Shown here: in pieces, positions 20,037 through 29,580 of the stretch
How positions within the stretch are numbered: the first letter of the stretch is position 1
Layout: every line of letters begins with the position of its first letter
Origin: Acidimicrobiia bacterium
Lineage (GTDB): Bacteria > Actinomycetota > Acidimicrobiia > Spongiisociales > ZC4RG35
Length of the DNA: 64,000 nt
Assembly: GCA_965215185.1 (NCBI GenBank)
Contig: OZ244034.1
Span: forward strand, 64,001-128,000
Direction: 5' to 3'
Notes under the pieces: generated by a model
The model's input: only the letters and a program-made list of their open reading frames with translations
Told to the model about the DNA's origin: nothing
The model's database searches: none
Made by a program: the position numbers and the translations under genes

Positions 20037-20624
20037 ATGACGCAGTTGTCCTCTCGACCCGCGCTGGTGGTGGTGGATGTCCAAAACGACTTCGCCGACC
20101 CGCGGGGTTCGCTGTATGTGCAGGGAGCGGGCGCAGTGGTGGAGGCGGTGAACCGGTTGGTGGAAAGCGCCGGTGCCCAGGATTGGCCGGTGTTCTACAC
20201 CCAGGACTGGCATCCGCAGACCACTCCCCATTTCGCCAAGGACGGGGGGATTTGGCCGGTGCATTGTGTGGGAGGGTCGACTGGAGCGGCCTTTCATCCC
20301 GATTTGAAGGTGGAGGGGGTGTCGGTTAAGAAGGGCGGCGCCGGGGAGGACGGCTATTCGGGATTCACCATGCGAGACCTAGTGGAGGGCAAGGACCGGC
20401 CCACCGAGTTGGATTCGCTGCTGCGCCAGGACGGGGTCACCAGGGTGGTGGTGGTCGGGCTGGCATTGGACTATTGCGTGAAGGACACTGCCCTGGACGC
20501 GGTCCGGTTGGGATACGAAGTGGAGGTGCCGCTCGGCGCCACCGCGGCGGTCAATCTGTCTCCCCACGATGGCGACCAGGCTGTCGCGGCGCTGAAGGCG
20601 GCGGGGGTTTCGGTTACTGGCTGA
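20037..20624 (+). CDS. pncA: Nicotinamidase/pyrazinamidase
   Basis: VVDVQNDF, QDWHP, WPVHCV, YSGF, GLALDYCV. Confidence 0.93.
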   Translation: MTQLSSRPALVVVDVQNDFADPRGSLYVQGAGAVVEAVNRLVESAGAQDWPVFYTQDWHPQTTPHFAKDGGIWPVHCVGGSTGAAFHPDLKVEGVSVKKGGAGEDGYSGFTMRDLVEGKDRPTELDSLLRQDGVTRVVVVGLALDYCVKDTALDAVRLGYEVEVPLGATAAVNLSPHDGDQAVAALKAAGVSVTG

Positions 20625-22224
20625 GGGACGCGGCTCGACGCAGGAGTAGGCCGCGGTAGGATTTCCACAGAGGATTCTCGGTGGGCCGCAGGGTGGGAAA
20701 GAGTATCACATCCCGGATGTGAGTGCGGTTGGTCAGCAGCATCACCAAGCGGTCGACTCCCAGGCCCAGGCCTCCGGTGGGAGGCATTCCGTAACCCAGG
20801 GCCAGCACGAAATCGTCGTCGACGGGGTGCAACTCCGGATCGTCCGCTCCCAACAGAGCCGCCTGGTTCTCGAATCGGAAAAGTTGATCGACCGGGTCGT
20901 TCAACTCCGAGAAGGCATTGGCGAACTCCACCCCGGCGATGAACAATTCGAAACGTTCGGTGAGTCGGGGATCGCGGGGGTGTCGGCGCGCCAGTGGAGA
21001 GACTTCCAACGGGTATTCCGTCACGAAGGTGGGGTTACGCAGTTTGGGGACGGCCAGCCGGTCGAACAGCTCGTAAACGACCCGCCCGCTGGTCCATCCC
21101 TCTCGAATATCTAGCCCCAGTTTCTCTGCCTGTCCTTGCAGTAAGTCCCGGGGTGTGTCGAGGGTGACTTCTTCTCCCAGCACTTCGCTCACCAGTTCCA
21201 GCATGGTGACTTCCCGGTAGGGGGGTTCGAGAGAGAGGGGAGTCTCCAACATGGGGTGCCCGCCCAATGCCTCGCCAGCGGCCTCTTCTCCCACTGTCGT
21301 GGTCCCCGTCGCTTTGGCGGCCACCGCCGGGATGACCTCTTCTATGAGTCTCATCACGTCCCGGTAGTCGCAGAATGCCTGATAGGACTCCAGCATGGTG
21401 AATTCGGGGTTGTGGGAAGAGTCCACTCCTTCATTGCGGAAGATGCGGCCGATTTCGAACACCCGCTCGAACCCGCCGATGATCAACCGTTTCAGATGCA
21501 GTTCGGTGGCGATCCGCATGTAGAGCTCTAGGTCCAAGGCATTGTGGTGAGTGAGAAAAGGACGAGCGGCGGCGCCGGCTGCCCGGGAGGAGAGGATGGG
21601 GGTGTCCACTTCCATGAATCCCCGGCTATGGAACTGATGGCGCAGTTCCGCTACCACCGCCGAACGGATCTCGAAGGTCCGACGGCTCTGGGGATTTACC
21701 GCCAGGTCCAGGTGGCGGTGGCGGGAGCGTTGCTCGATATCCCGAAGCCCTTTCCACTTGTCGGGTAGGGGAGCAAGACATTTGGCAAGAAGCGATAGTT
21801 CGTTGACGTGGATGGAGAGCTCCCCCCGGCGGGTGGTGATCACCTCTCCGGTAGCGCCGATCCAGTCGCCCAGATCCAGTTGAGATAGCACCGGTCCGGA
21901 TTGGGGGCTCAATGTGGAGCGGGATATGAATAGCTGCAGGTCTCCGGCTTGATCGGAGAAAGCGATGAACACCAAACGGCCGAAGTCTCGGATCGACCGG
22001 ATTCGTCCAGCCACCGCCGCTTTCTCTCCGGTCTGGACATCGGGTCCCAGGCCACCGTAGGAGTCCCGAATATCCCGGGTGGTATGGGTGCGGTCGAAAC
22101 GGGTCGGCCAGGTTTCCAGTTGCTGGGAGGAGAGACTATCCAGGCCTTCCAGACGCTCTTGCACTACCTTTTCCCAAAGCCCGACCGATCCCGGATCTGC
22201 GTCGCTGGGTTGCTGGTCAGTCAT
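20614..22224 (-). CDS. lysS: Lysine--tRNA ligase (class II)
   Basis: OB-fold anticodon domain, LPDKWKG, RIFRNEG...HNPEFT, YGMPPTGGLGLGVDRL. Confidence 0.97.
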   Translation of the reverse strand: MTDQQPSDADPGSVGLWEKVVQERLEGLDSLSSQQLETWPTRFDRTHTTRDIRDSYGGLGPDVQTGEKAAVAGRIRSIRDFGRLVFIAFSDQAGDLQLFISRSTLSPQSGPVLSQLDLGDWIGATGEVITTRRGELSIHVNELSLLAKCLAPLPDKWKGLRDIEQRSRHRHLDLAVNPQSRRTFEIRSAVVAELRHQFHSRGFMEVDTPILSSRAAGAAARPFLTHHNALDLELYMRIATELHLKRLIIGGFERVFEIGRIFRNEGVDSSHNPEFTMLESYQAFCDYRDVMRLIEEVIPAVAAKATGTTTVGEEAAGEALGGHPMLETPLSLEPPYREVTMLELVSEVLGEEVTLDTPRDLLQGQAEKLGLDIREGWTSGRVVYELFDRLAVPKLRNPTFVTEYPLEVSPLARRHPRDPRLTERFELFIAGVEFANAFSELNDPVDQLFRFENQAALLGADDPELHPVDDDFVLALGYGMPPTGGLGLGVDRLVMLLTNRTHIRDVILFPTLRPTENPLWKSYRGLLLRRAASLSQ

Positions 22225-22282
22225 GAGGCTTCAACCTACCAGCCAGAGGCAACAGAAGAAAGACAGTGTCCTTGATGCCAAG

Positions 22283-22326
22283 AAAAAACCGACCCGCCCT
22301 CGGGAGGGGAGGGAGGGCGGGCCGGT
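22283..22326 (-). terminator. Intrinsic terminator (third hairpin of the putative sRNA)
   Basis: ACCGGCCCGCCCUC-loop-GAGGGCGGGUCGG followed by UUUUUU. Confidence 0.8.
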
Positions 22327-22426
22327 TGTATGCCTGCCGCCCCGGGAGGGGTGGAGGGCGGACAGGCTGCCCGCCGGCCTTCCGGGAGGGGACGGGGAAA
22401 GCCGGCAGGAGGAGTCGTCTTGTTCC
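22283..22426 (-). ncRNA. Putative small RNA with three C-rich stem-loops (6C/cuckoo-like)
   Basis: Three consecutive GC-rich hairpins, each with a CCCCUCCC loop; the last is followed by U6; consensus promoter directly upstream. Confidence 0.8.
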
Positions 22427-22431
22427 GCCGA

Positions 22432-22460
22432 ATGATAGACAGTTCCCAAGGGTATGTCAA
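22432..22460 (-). promoter_or_regulatory. Sigma70/SigA-type promoter
   Basis: TTGACA (22460-22455), 17-nt spacer, TATCAT (22437-22432). Confidence 0.85.
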
Positions 22461-22475
22461 CTCTTAGCGAAGGGT

Positions 22476-23234
22476 TTAGGAATTCAGTCGCAGCACTGCC
22501 AGCAAACCCCTGAGGGTGAGATTGTCTTCTATGTGGGTAATCGTCTCGCACACCGGCCCGATTAGCCTGGACAACCCCCCGGTGGCTACCACCGGCACGT
22601 CCTCGAGATGCTGTTCGGAGCAAATGCGTCTCACCAGACCGTCCACCAGACCCGCCCATCCGAAAACCAATCCGCTCTGAACAGCCTCGGTGGTGTTGCG
22701 TCCGGTGGCCTGTTTGGGGGCGGTGAGTTCCACACGCCGAAGTGCGGAGGCCGCTGCGGCCAGCGCGTCTCCCGCTACTTGCACTCCGGGGGCGATCGCT
22801 CCACCGCAATACGCTCCCGAGGAGTCGATCACATCCACCGTGGTGGCGGTTCCAAAATCAACGACTAGTACGGGCGCTCCGAACCGCTCCACGGCGCCAA
22901 TGGCGTTGACTACCCGGTCGGCGCCCACTTCGCGGGGGTTGTCGATGCGTATTTCCATACCGGTACGGGTTCCGGGACCCACCACCACCAAGGGACCGTT
23001 CACCATCTCCGCCAGCACGGGGCGCATCGCCGCGATGGCAGTGGGTACCACACTGGACAGCGCCGCGCCGTCCAGGGGTTTGGGAACTCTTGCGAGCAGT
23101 CCCTCAAAGAGAATGCGATATTCGTCAGTGGTGCGGGACACCTCGGTCGAGATCCGCCATCGGTGTTTGAGGAATTGACCTTGGTAAGCCCCTACGACTG
23201 TTTGCGTGTTGCCAATGTCGACAGCTAAGAGCAT
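22476..23234 (-). CDS. coaX: Type III pantothenate kinase
   Basis: LAVDIGNT, SSVVP, VGADR, VDFGTAT, GGAIAPG, ATGG. Confidence 0.96.
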   Translation of the reverse strand: MLLAVDIGNTQTVVGAYQGQFLKHRWRISTEVSRTTDEYRILFEGLLARVPKPLDGAALSSVVPTAIAAMRPVLAEMVNGPLVVVGPGTRTGMEIRIDNPREVGADRVVNAIGAVERFGAPVLVVDFGTATTVDVIDSSGAYCGGAIAPGVQVAGDALAAAASALRRVELTAPKQATGRNTTEAVQSGLVFGWAGLVDGLVRRICSEQHLEDVPVVATGGLSRLIGPVCETITHIEDNLTLRGLLAVLRLNS

Positions 23235-24157
23235 GCTTCTACCTGGTGAAGAAGACTAGGTTGCTCCAGTCGGGTTCCCCGGTCCACTGCTAATCCGTTT
23301 GGGTGCGCATCGAAGAAGAGGTTGTCGATCAACCGCACTCCTCCCACCGTAGCAGCCACCGCCAAAAATGAGGGGCGGTCGAGGCTTTTCAAGAGCGAGC
23401 AATCGTGTTGGTCGGCCAGTTCTACATATTCCCAGGCCACGCCGGTTTCCGCCCCGGTCACCAGTTGGCGGAGAGCCGCGGCGGATCTCTCGCCAGCTTC
23501 GACGGCCAAAGCGGTCCTCTCCAGACCCCGGCTTATCTGCAAGGCGGCCTTCCGGTCTTTGGGGGATATCAGGACATTTCGGCTGGACAGCGCCAACCCG
23601 TCACTCTCCCGCAAGGTCGCACAGCCCACAATTTGGATGGGCAAGCAAAGATCGCGGGCCAGTTGCCGAATCATGGTCAACTGTTGGGCGTCTTTTCGTC
23701 CGAAGTAGGCCCGCTGCGCTCCCAATCCGGCCAGCAGTTTGGTCACCACCATGGCCACCCCCTCGAAGTGGCCGGGCCGATGGGCTCCTTCCATCGATTG
23801 AGTGACCGCTCCGGGGTCTATGGAAGTGGATTCGCCTGGTTTGTACATCTCTTCGGTGGAGGGTGCGAACAGCACATCCACTCCCGCCTCGACGGCAAGG
23901 TGTTGGTCGTGTGGAAAGCTGCGCGGATAGCTTTCAAAATCGGAGGATTGGTTGAACTGGCGAGGATTGACATATAGAGACATGATCACCACCCGGCACT
24001 CTCGACGAGCCCGGGAGATCAGCGAAAGGTGTCCTTCATGGAGGAACCCCATGGTGGGCACCAACCCGACGGGGGTCAGTTCCCGTTCTCCGCTTGCCTT
24101 GGCGGCTGCTTCGGCGGCGGCCAACCTGGCCGCCTGGAAGGTAGAAACCACTCTCAT
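23225..24157 (-). CDS. panC: Pantoate--beta-alanine ligase
   Basis: VPTMGFLHEGH, VNPRQF, RPGHFEGV, FGRKDAQQ, GLALSSRN, RLIDN. Confidence 0.96.
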   Translation of the reverse strand: MRVVSTFQAARLAAAEAAAKASGERELTPVGLVPTMGFLHEGHLSLISRARRECRVVIMSLYVNPRQFNQSSDFESYPRSFPHDQHLAVEAGVDVLFAPSTEEMYKPGESTSIDPGAVTQSMEGAHRPGHFEGVAMVVTKLLAGLGAQRAYFGRKDAQQLTMIRQLARDLCLPIQIVGCATLRESDGLALSSRNVLISPKDRKAALQISRGLERTALAVEAGERSAAALRQLVTGAETGVAWEYVELADQHDCSLLKSLDRPSFLAVAATVGGVRLIDNLFFDAHPNGLAVDRGTRLEQPSLLHQVEACS

Positions 24158-24996
24158 GGATTTCCCCTGGTTTCGAAATCGCCTGTTGTTCCGGCGGTCG
24201 GGTCTTCGATCCCGGCCCGGTAGGCAGCCAAACGCCCAAGCAGTTGATACTGGTGGGCAAGCTGGGGCGAAATCGCCTCGGCGGCCTTCAGATGCCCGAC
24301 CAGGGTGCCGCGGTCTCCTCGGACAAACGGGCCGGTTACAGACTGATCAGGCCCCAATTGGAAGGAGTTCTCCATCACCTGCCTGGCCAGTACGCTGGCC
24401 TGCTTCAAGGGCACTCCCGCCGCTTTGAACAGGTCGGCGGCCACTCCCAAGACTGTTGGCAAGCCCAGGGCCACGGTGGCCGCTCCGGCGTGGTACAGGG
24501 GTTTGAATCTGTCTTCCAGATCAAACGTGGAGATGCTCAGGCTGTGAGCGAAAGATCGCAGTCGTTGGGCCGCGGCTTGGGATCGGGCGGTCACGGCTGC
24601 TGTGGATCCGGCCAGTACTTGAGCGCCCTGCTGGGGAGAGGGGAGGGTTTGCAGGGGATGAAGGCACCCCACTTCCATACCCACCCGCTCCAGCGCTTCC
24701 AGACGGTTGATCGAGGCGAACCCGGAAAGGTGAGCCACCGTGCGGGCTGCGGGTGGATCGGCGGCCAGTTGGCGGGCTGCTTCCTCTATGGCGTCATCGG
24801 GAGTTGCTATCAGCAACAGATCGCAGGCAGACAAACGGGCCGCGTTTTTTGTTCGGGTGGTTCGCAATTGCGGTGGGACGGATCCGGAAGGTCCGGGAAC
24901 GGTCTCCACCCGGTGTCCGGCCCACTGGGCGGCGATCGCCAGGGACCCTCCGGCCCGGCCTGGTCCGATTACCGCCAGGCTGATGGGGCCTTTCAC
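24154..24996 (-). CDS. Rossmann-like/DUF2520 protein (candidate PanG-type ketopantoate reductase)
   Basis: GPGRAG, TPDDAI, HLSG, LHPLQT, YHAGA, TGP.VRGD; adjacent to panC. Confidence 0.85.
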   Translation of the reverse strand: MKGPISLAVIGPGRAGGSLAIAAQWAGHRVETVPGPSGSVPPQLRTTRTKNAARLSACDLLLIATPDDAIEEAARQLAADPPAARTVAHLSGFASINRLEALERVGMEVGCLHPLQTLPSPQQGAQVLAGSTAAVTARSQAAAQRLRSFAHSLSISTFDLEDRFKPLYHAGAATVALGLPTVLGVAADLFKAAGVPLKQASVLARQVMENSFQLGPDQSVTGPFVRGDRGTLVGHLKAAEAISPQLAHQYQLLGRLAAYRAGIEDPTAGTTGDFETRGNP

Positions 24997-25484
24997 TCTC
25001 CGCCGAGATAGTTGGGTATAAGAGAACGTCCCCGGGCGCCAAGGGGGCGTCCCAGAATCTGCTCGATGATGGTTACTGCGTTGACCGGGTCCGGAACAAG
25101 ACCGGTAGCCACCAGAAACCCGCTCATCAGGCCTGCCACATTCTCATCGATGACATCCCCATGCACCAATACCCTGGAATCGGGGTTGCTCAACAATTCG
25201 CTCAGCTTGTCGTACAGGCAGCGACGTTCGGTCTCTTCCACCTCGGGACTGATGGGAACCCGATGAGTGCCGAAACCGGACTTCTGGTAGACCTTGATGT
25301 TTTGATTGTTGGTCGACAAGGTGACTACATCGGTGATTCCGGCTTCTTTTTGGAGCCAAACCACTTCTTGTTGGCGGCGTACCTTGCGGTGTGCAACACC
25401 CTGTCCGCCCAGCCGTTCACTCACCGCTAAGCGGGAGGTGATGATCCATTTGAATCCGCGGGGCTTGAGGACACCGGCTGGCAT
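24993..25484 (-). CDS. Hypothetical protein with a degenerate protein-tyrosine-phosphatase-like fold
   Basis: F.WII..RLAVSER.G, GITDVVTL and RVLVH pattern; no HCxxGxxR. Confidence 0.55.
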   Translation of the reverse strand: MPAGVLKPRGFKWIITSRLAVSERLGGQGVAHRKVRRQQEVVWLQKEAGITDVVTLSTNNQNIKVYQKSGFGTHRVPISPEVEETERRCLYDKLSELLSNPDSRVLVHGDVIDENVAGLMSGFLVATGLVPDPVNAVTIIEQILGRPLGARGRSLIPNYLGGE

Positions 25485-25490
25485 GGTGAC

Positions 25491-27425
25491 TTAGGAAGAG
25501 TGAGTTTGGTCGCGTCGGGTGGCTGCGGCTACCCGCTCACGTCCAGGATCACTGACAGTGATTCCCGGGGGTGGATGAAGGCGCATCTCGTGGGTGTCGG
25601 TGGCGTGCCACTTTGGCACGTCGTGGAGTACTTCCTCGATGCCCTCCATATCGAGTGTTTCTTTCTCCAACAGGGCCTCCACCATTCTGTCCAGGGCGGG
25701 GCGATGGGTCTCAAGTATCCGCCTGGCCTCGGAATGGGCCGCCCTGATCAGCTTGCGAACCTCATCGTCGATATCGGCGGCCATCCGATCGGAGTAGTCA
25801 GGCTGTCGGGTGTAGTCTCGACCCAGGAATACCTCAGCTCCCTGCTTGCCGTATGTCATGGGTCCGAGCTGGTCGCTCATTCCGTATTCCATCACCATCC
25901 GGCGGGCTATGGTGGTGGCCTTATCGATGTCGTTGGTCGACCCGGTGGTGGGATCGGCATAGATCAGTTCTTCGGCGCTCCTGCCTCCCAGCAGCATGGC
26001 TAGCTGATCCAGCAACTCCGAGCGCCTAACCAGGTATTTGTCGTGAGTGGGGAGGGCAAGAGTGTGACCGAGCGACCGGCCTCTGGCAACGATGGTTACC
26101 TTGTGCACCGGATCGGCCATGGGAAGCGCCCAGCCCACCAGGGCATGACCGGATTCGTGGAAGGCGATCAGTCGCCTTTCGTCGTCGGACATCACTCGGG
26201 CCTTCCGTTCCGGGCCGGCTATCACGCGGTCGATGGCCTCCTCCAGTTCGTCCATTCCCACCCGATCTTTGCTGTGGCGGGCGGAAAGCAGGGCCGCCTC
26301 GTTGATTAGATTGGCCAGATCGGCACCGGTGAATCCGGGAGTGCGCCGCGCCAGAACTTCCAGATCGATTTCGGGTTTGAGGGGTTTGCCCCGGGCATGA
26401 ACCTCCAGGATGGCTTGGCGACCCTTGATGTCCGGAGAGTCGATTACGATCTGACGATCGAATCGGCCAGGCCGGAGCAGGGCCGGATCCAAAATGTCGG
26501 GACGGTTGGTGGCGGCGATCACGATCACCCCGGTGTTGGTTTCAAAGCCGTCCAACTCCACCAGGAGTTGATTGAGGGTCTGCTCGCGTTCGTCGTGCCC
26601 GCCTCCCATTCCGGCTCCCCGATGACGGCCCACCGCGTCGATCTCGTCTATGAAAATGATGGCCGGACTGTTCTGCTTGGCTTGCTCGAAGAGGTCGCGT
26701 ACCCGGCTGGCGCCGACTCCCACGAACATCTCCACGAAGTCGGATCCGGAGATGGAAAAGAACGGTCGGCCAGCTTCTCCGGCTACTGCCTTCGCTAACA
26801 GGGTTTTGCCGGTTCCGGGAGGGCCGAACAGCAGGACGCCCTTGGGTATCCTGGCGCCCATGGCCCGGAATTTTTCGGCATCGGCCAGGAAATCTCTGAT
26901 CTCACCCAGTTCCTCAATGGCTTCCTCCAAACCGGCCACATCCTTGAAGGTGACATCGGGGTGGTCTTTCTTGACCATCTTGGCCCGGGTTTTTCCGAAC
27001 TGCATTATCCGGTTGCCCGATCGCTGCATCTGCATGAAGATGAAGACCATGAATCCAATCAGAAGCAGCCAGGGGAGCATTCCCACCAGCACACTCCAGG
27101 GTCCGGGAGGCTCATGATCAGTGTCGTATGGCACTCCCCGCTCTTCGAGCATCTCGGCCAGTTGTCCTTCATAGCCTTCCGGGTATTTGGCAGAGAAATC
27201 GTATTGTCCGGATGGCAGAACAGAGCCCTCGTAGCGTCCCCGGGCCTCTAGGGAGCGGGTGAGGATCAGTACCGACTCGATCCTGTCTTCTCCCACGGCG
27301 TTCAGGAATTCTCCGGTGGTAATCCCCGTAGTGGGGGAATCGTCGCTCCCAAAATTCTGAAATAGGAGAGCCATCATGACGATCAAGAGACCGTATACCA
27401 AAAGAATTCGGACGCTGCGGCGCAA
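25491..27425 (-). CDS. ftsH: ATP-dependent zinc metalloprotease FtsH
   Basis: Two TM helices, [26 protein letters not shown]. Confidence 0.98.
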   Translation of the reverse strand: MRRSVRILLVYGLLIVMMALLFQNFGSDDSPTTGITTGEFLNAVGEDRIESVLILTRSLEARGRYEGSVLPSGQYDFSAKYPEGYEGQLAEMLEERGVPYDTDHEPPGPWSVLVGMLPWLLLIGFMVFIFMQMQRSGNRIMQFGKTRAKMVKKDHPDVTFKDVAGLEEAIEELGEIRDFLADAEKFRAMGARIPKGVLLFGPPGTGKTLLAKAVAGEAGRPFFSISGSDFVEMFVGVGASRVRDLFEQAKQNSPAIIFIDEIDAVGRHRGAGMGGGHDEREQTLNQLLVELDGFETNTGVIVIAATNRPDILDPALLRPGRFDRQIVIDSPDIKGRQAILEVHARGKPLKPEIDLEVLARRTPGFTGADLANLINEAALLSARHSKDRVGMDELEEAIDRVIAGPERKARVMSDDERRLIAFHESGHALVGWALPMADPVHKVTIVARGRSLGHTLALPTHDKYLVRRSELLDQLAMLLGGRSAEELIYADPTTGSTNDIDKATTIARRMVMEYGMSDQLGPMTYGKQGAEVFLGRDYTRQPDYSDRMAADIDDEVRKLIRAAHSEARRILETHRPALDRMVEALLEKETLDMEGIEEVLHDVPKWHATDTHEMRLHPPPGITVSDPGRERVAAATRRDQTHSS

Positions 27426-27520
27426 AATTTATTCCTTAGATGACAATCGGTGCGGACAGGGAGTAATAGGGAATAAGAGTCATGGTAGGCCAACTGGGTT
27501 CTTGTAGGTTAAATGTTAAT

Positions 27521-28042
27521 CTAAGCTTGGGACAGAATACCCACGTAGGGCAGATTCCGGTATTTTCCGTCGTAGTCCAGTCCGTACCCCACCACGAATT
27601 CCGGTCCGATCCAAAAGCCCACATACTTCGCGTCCACCGGAACCCGTTGGATGCCCTCCTTGTAGAGCAGAGCGGCGATTTCCAAAGAGGCGGGTCCGCG
27701 GACCCGAAGACTCTTGGTCAGATAATTGAGGGTGAGTCCCGAATCGACGATATCTTCGCAGATCAGGACATGTCTTCCCGATATCTCGTGGTCGAGGTCC
27801 TTGAGGACCCGAACCACCCCAGAGGTCTTGGTGGCGGCGCCGTAGGAGGAAACTGCCATGTAGTCGAACTGGGCCGGCAGTTTGATCTGGCGCACCAAAT
27901 CGGACATAACCATGAAAGTGCCCTTCAGCACCCCCACTATCAGCAGATCCTGCCCGGCGTAATCGTCGGTGATTCGCCTGCCCATTTCCTGGAGGCGGGC
28001 GGCTATTTGCTCGTCGGAGATGAACGGGGCTATCGAATCCAT
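27521..28042 (-). CDS. hpt: Hypoxanthine phosphoribosyltransferase
   Basis: GVLKG, VSSYG, EDIVDSGLTL, FVVGYGLDY...YRNLP. Confidence 0.97.
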   Translation of the reverse strand: MDSIAPFISDEQIAARLQEMGRRITDDYAGQDLLIVGVLKGTFMVMSDLVRQIKLPAQFDYMAVSSYGAATKTSGVVRVLKDLDHEISGRHVLICEDIVDSGLTLNYLTKSLRVRGPASLEIAALLYKEGIQRVPVDAKYVGFWIGPEFVVGYGLDYDGKYRNLPYVGILSQA

Positions 28043-28055
28043 CTATACCAAAACC

Positions 28056-29039
28056 TTAGCCGTTCATGATCATCAACAGCCGGTCACCGGACCGTTTCAC
28101 GACTACCCCACCCGAAAGGTCGGTGCGAGGAATCTTTCCGTGTGCCACCGCCAGCACTCTCGCCACTTCGGCGCTCACCCCGGCATGGGGGCCCCTCACC
28201 AGTCGCAATGCTCTGCGCACCACCCGCGAGGCAATCGGCGGGGAGAGCTCTACCAGCCGGGAGGAGGAAACCTCCATCGACCCATCGGGCGACACAGAGA
28301 TTGGGATGCTGGAGGCCGTCTCCTCCAAATAGGCGAGGTCGGCCCGGGCCAGTTCCGACAACCTCACCAGGCCCTCTCTGAGCCGGGGCTGATACTCCGC
28401 CTCCAGTTGGGGAAGCAGGCGGCGCCTGATTCGATTCCGAAGATACCGAGGGTCGTCGTTTTGGGGGTCGTCTTCCCAAGGGAGCCCGGCCAGGGTGGCT
28501 AGTTCGCGGGTCTGCGACCGCCATACTCCCAGCAGGGGGCGGTGGAACCGGCCACGGCTGATGGGTATGCCCGCCACTCCGTCCAGGCCCGTTCCACGCA
28601 GCAGGTTATGGAGAACCGTTTCGGCTTGGTCATCCGCGGTATGGGCGGTGATAACCACTTCATCGGGTTGGCTGTGTTCGGCCAGTGCTCTATAGCGGGC
28701 GGTTCGTAAGGCGTCTTCTGAACGGTCCGGTCCGGTGTCTATCACAACTTCCGCGATTTCTATTCCCAGGTGTTGGCAGATGGCGCCAGCTGCCTTGGCC
28801 ATCTGGACCGAATAGGGGAGGGAGTGGTTAACGTGCACCGCTCGGCATTTCCTCCCGGCCCGGATAGCCAGCCAGGCGGCGGCCGCCGAGTCGGCTCCTC
28901 CCGAAAGGGCCACCACCACAGGTCCACCGGGCAATTCGACGCGGCGGGAGATGTCACTGAACAATTGGGCCAAGCGTCTGGCGCCGGTTCTTTGAACAGC
29001 GGACTCATCCATCCCGGGAGGGGACGAGGGTATTTTCAA
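28056..29039 (-). CDS. tilS: tRNA(Ile)-lysidine synthetase
   Basis: ALSGGADS, AHTADDQAET, LLRGTG, RPLL, RNRIR; tilS-hpt-ftsH synteny. Confidence 0.95.
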   Translation of the reverse strand: MKIPSSPPGMDESAVQRTGARRLAQLFSDISRRVELPGGPVVVALSGGADSAAAAWLAIRAGRKCRAVHVNHSLPYSVQMAKAAGAICQHLGIEIAEVVIDTGPDRSEDALRTARYRALAEHSQPDEVVITAHTADDQAETVLHNLLRGTGLDGVAGIPISRGRFHRPLLGVWRSQTRELATLAGLPWEDDPQNDDPRYLRNRIRRRLLPQLEAEYQPRLREGLVRLSELARADLAYLEETASSIPISVSPDGSMEVSSSRLVELSPPIASRVVRRALRLVRGPHAGVSAEVARVLAVAHGKIPRTDLSGGVVVKRSGDRLLMIMNG

Positions 29040-29314
29040 CTAACCGACTTGTAGCGGGATCTGACCACTTTGGTGAAGTAGAGCACCACCGTCAGGACAC
29101 AAAAGATCAGGGCCAGAGCCAGGCAGGTCGGCACCAGAAAGCGGTATGTCCAGTCGGCTACCGGCTCGGCCAAGGAAGATTCCTCCACTACCACCGCCGG
29201 GACGATCTCCGCAATGTCCTCCGGTGTTTCTTGGGCCAAGGCGGGCAGGGCCACCCCCAAGGCCAGTGCCGCAGCCGAAGCCAGGATCACCCACCGTCGC
29301 CAGTTCATGGTCAC
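29036..29314 (-). CDS. Small exported/membrane protein (signal peptide plus C-terminal TM helix)
   Basis: ALA-Q signal cleavage pattern, C-terminal hydrophobic helix with basic tail; 4-nt overlaps on both sides. Confidence 0.65.
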   Translation of the reverse strand: MTMNWRRWVILASAAALALGVALPALAQETPEDIAEIVPAVVVEESSLAEPVADWTYRFLVPTCLALALIFCVLTVVLYFTKVVRSRYKSVS

Positions 29315-29580
29315 AATAGATTACCCGATGGTTCTCCAAAACCTAAGTGGTGGGTCTCTTGGGCCAGCCTTCCAATAAGTCGCTCCATAAACACTTCAGG
29401 CACCTCCTCTGTGAGGTGGTGCCTGATGGTGTAGCGGACTCGGCGCTCCACGATTTCTATGTTCTTACAGGGCGGACAGTAGTCGATGTGCTGGACCAGA
29501 CGATGGGCGGTCTCGATTTCCAACTCACCATCGACGTAGCCGTACAAGTGGGTTGCGACCTGACGGCACTCTTTAGACAT
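29311..29580 (-). CDS. Zinc-binding anti-sigma factor (RshA/RsrA-like)
   Basis: N-terminal Cys, YVDGEL, HxxxCxxC (HIDYCPPC); overlaps the ECF sigma gene. Confidence 0.88.
   Translation of the reverse strand: MSKECRQVATHLYGYVDGELEIETAHRLVQHIDYCPPCKNIEIVERRVRYTIRHHLTEEVPEVFMERLIGRLAQETHHLGFGEPSGNLL

Noticed and set aside
22225-22460. T-box or attenuator leader for lysS, or the short ORFs 22236-22460 and 22231-22809
   Set aside because: No T-box consensus or specifier loop was seen; the ORFs are Pro/Arg-rich products of GC hairpins; lysS has its own candidate promoter
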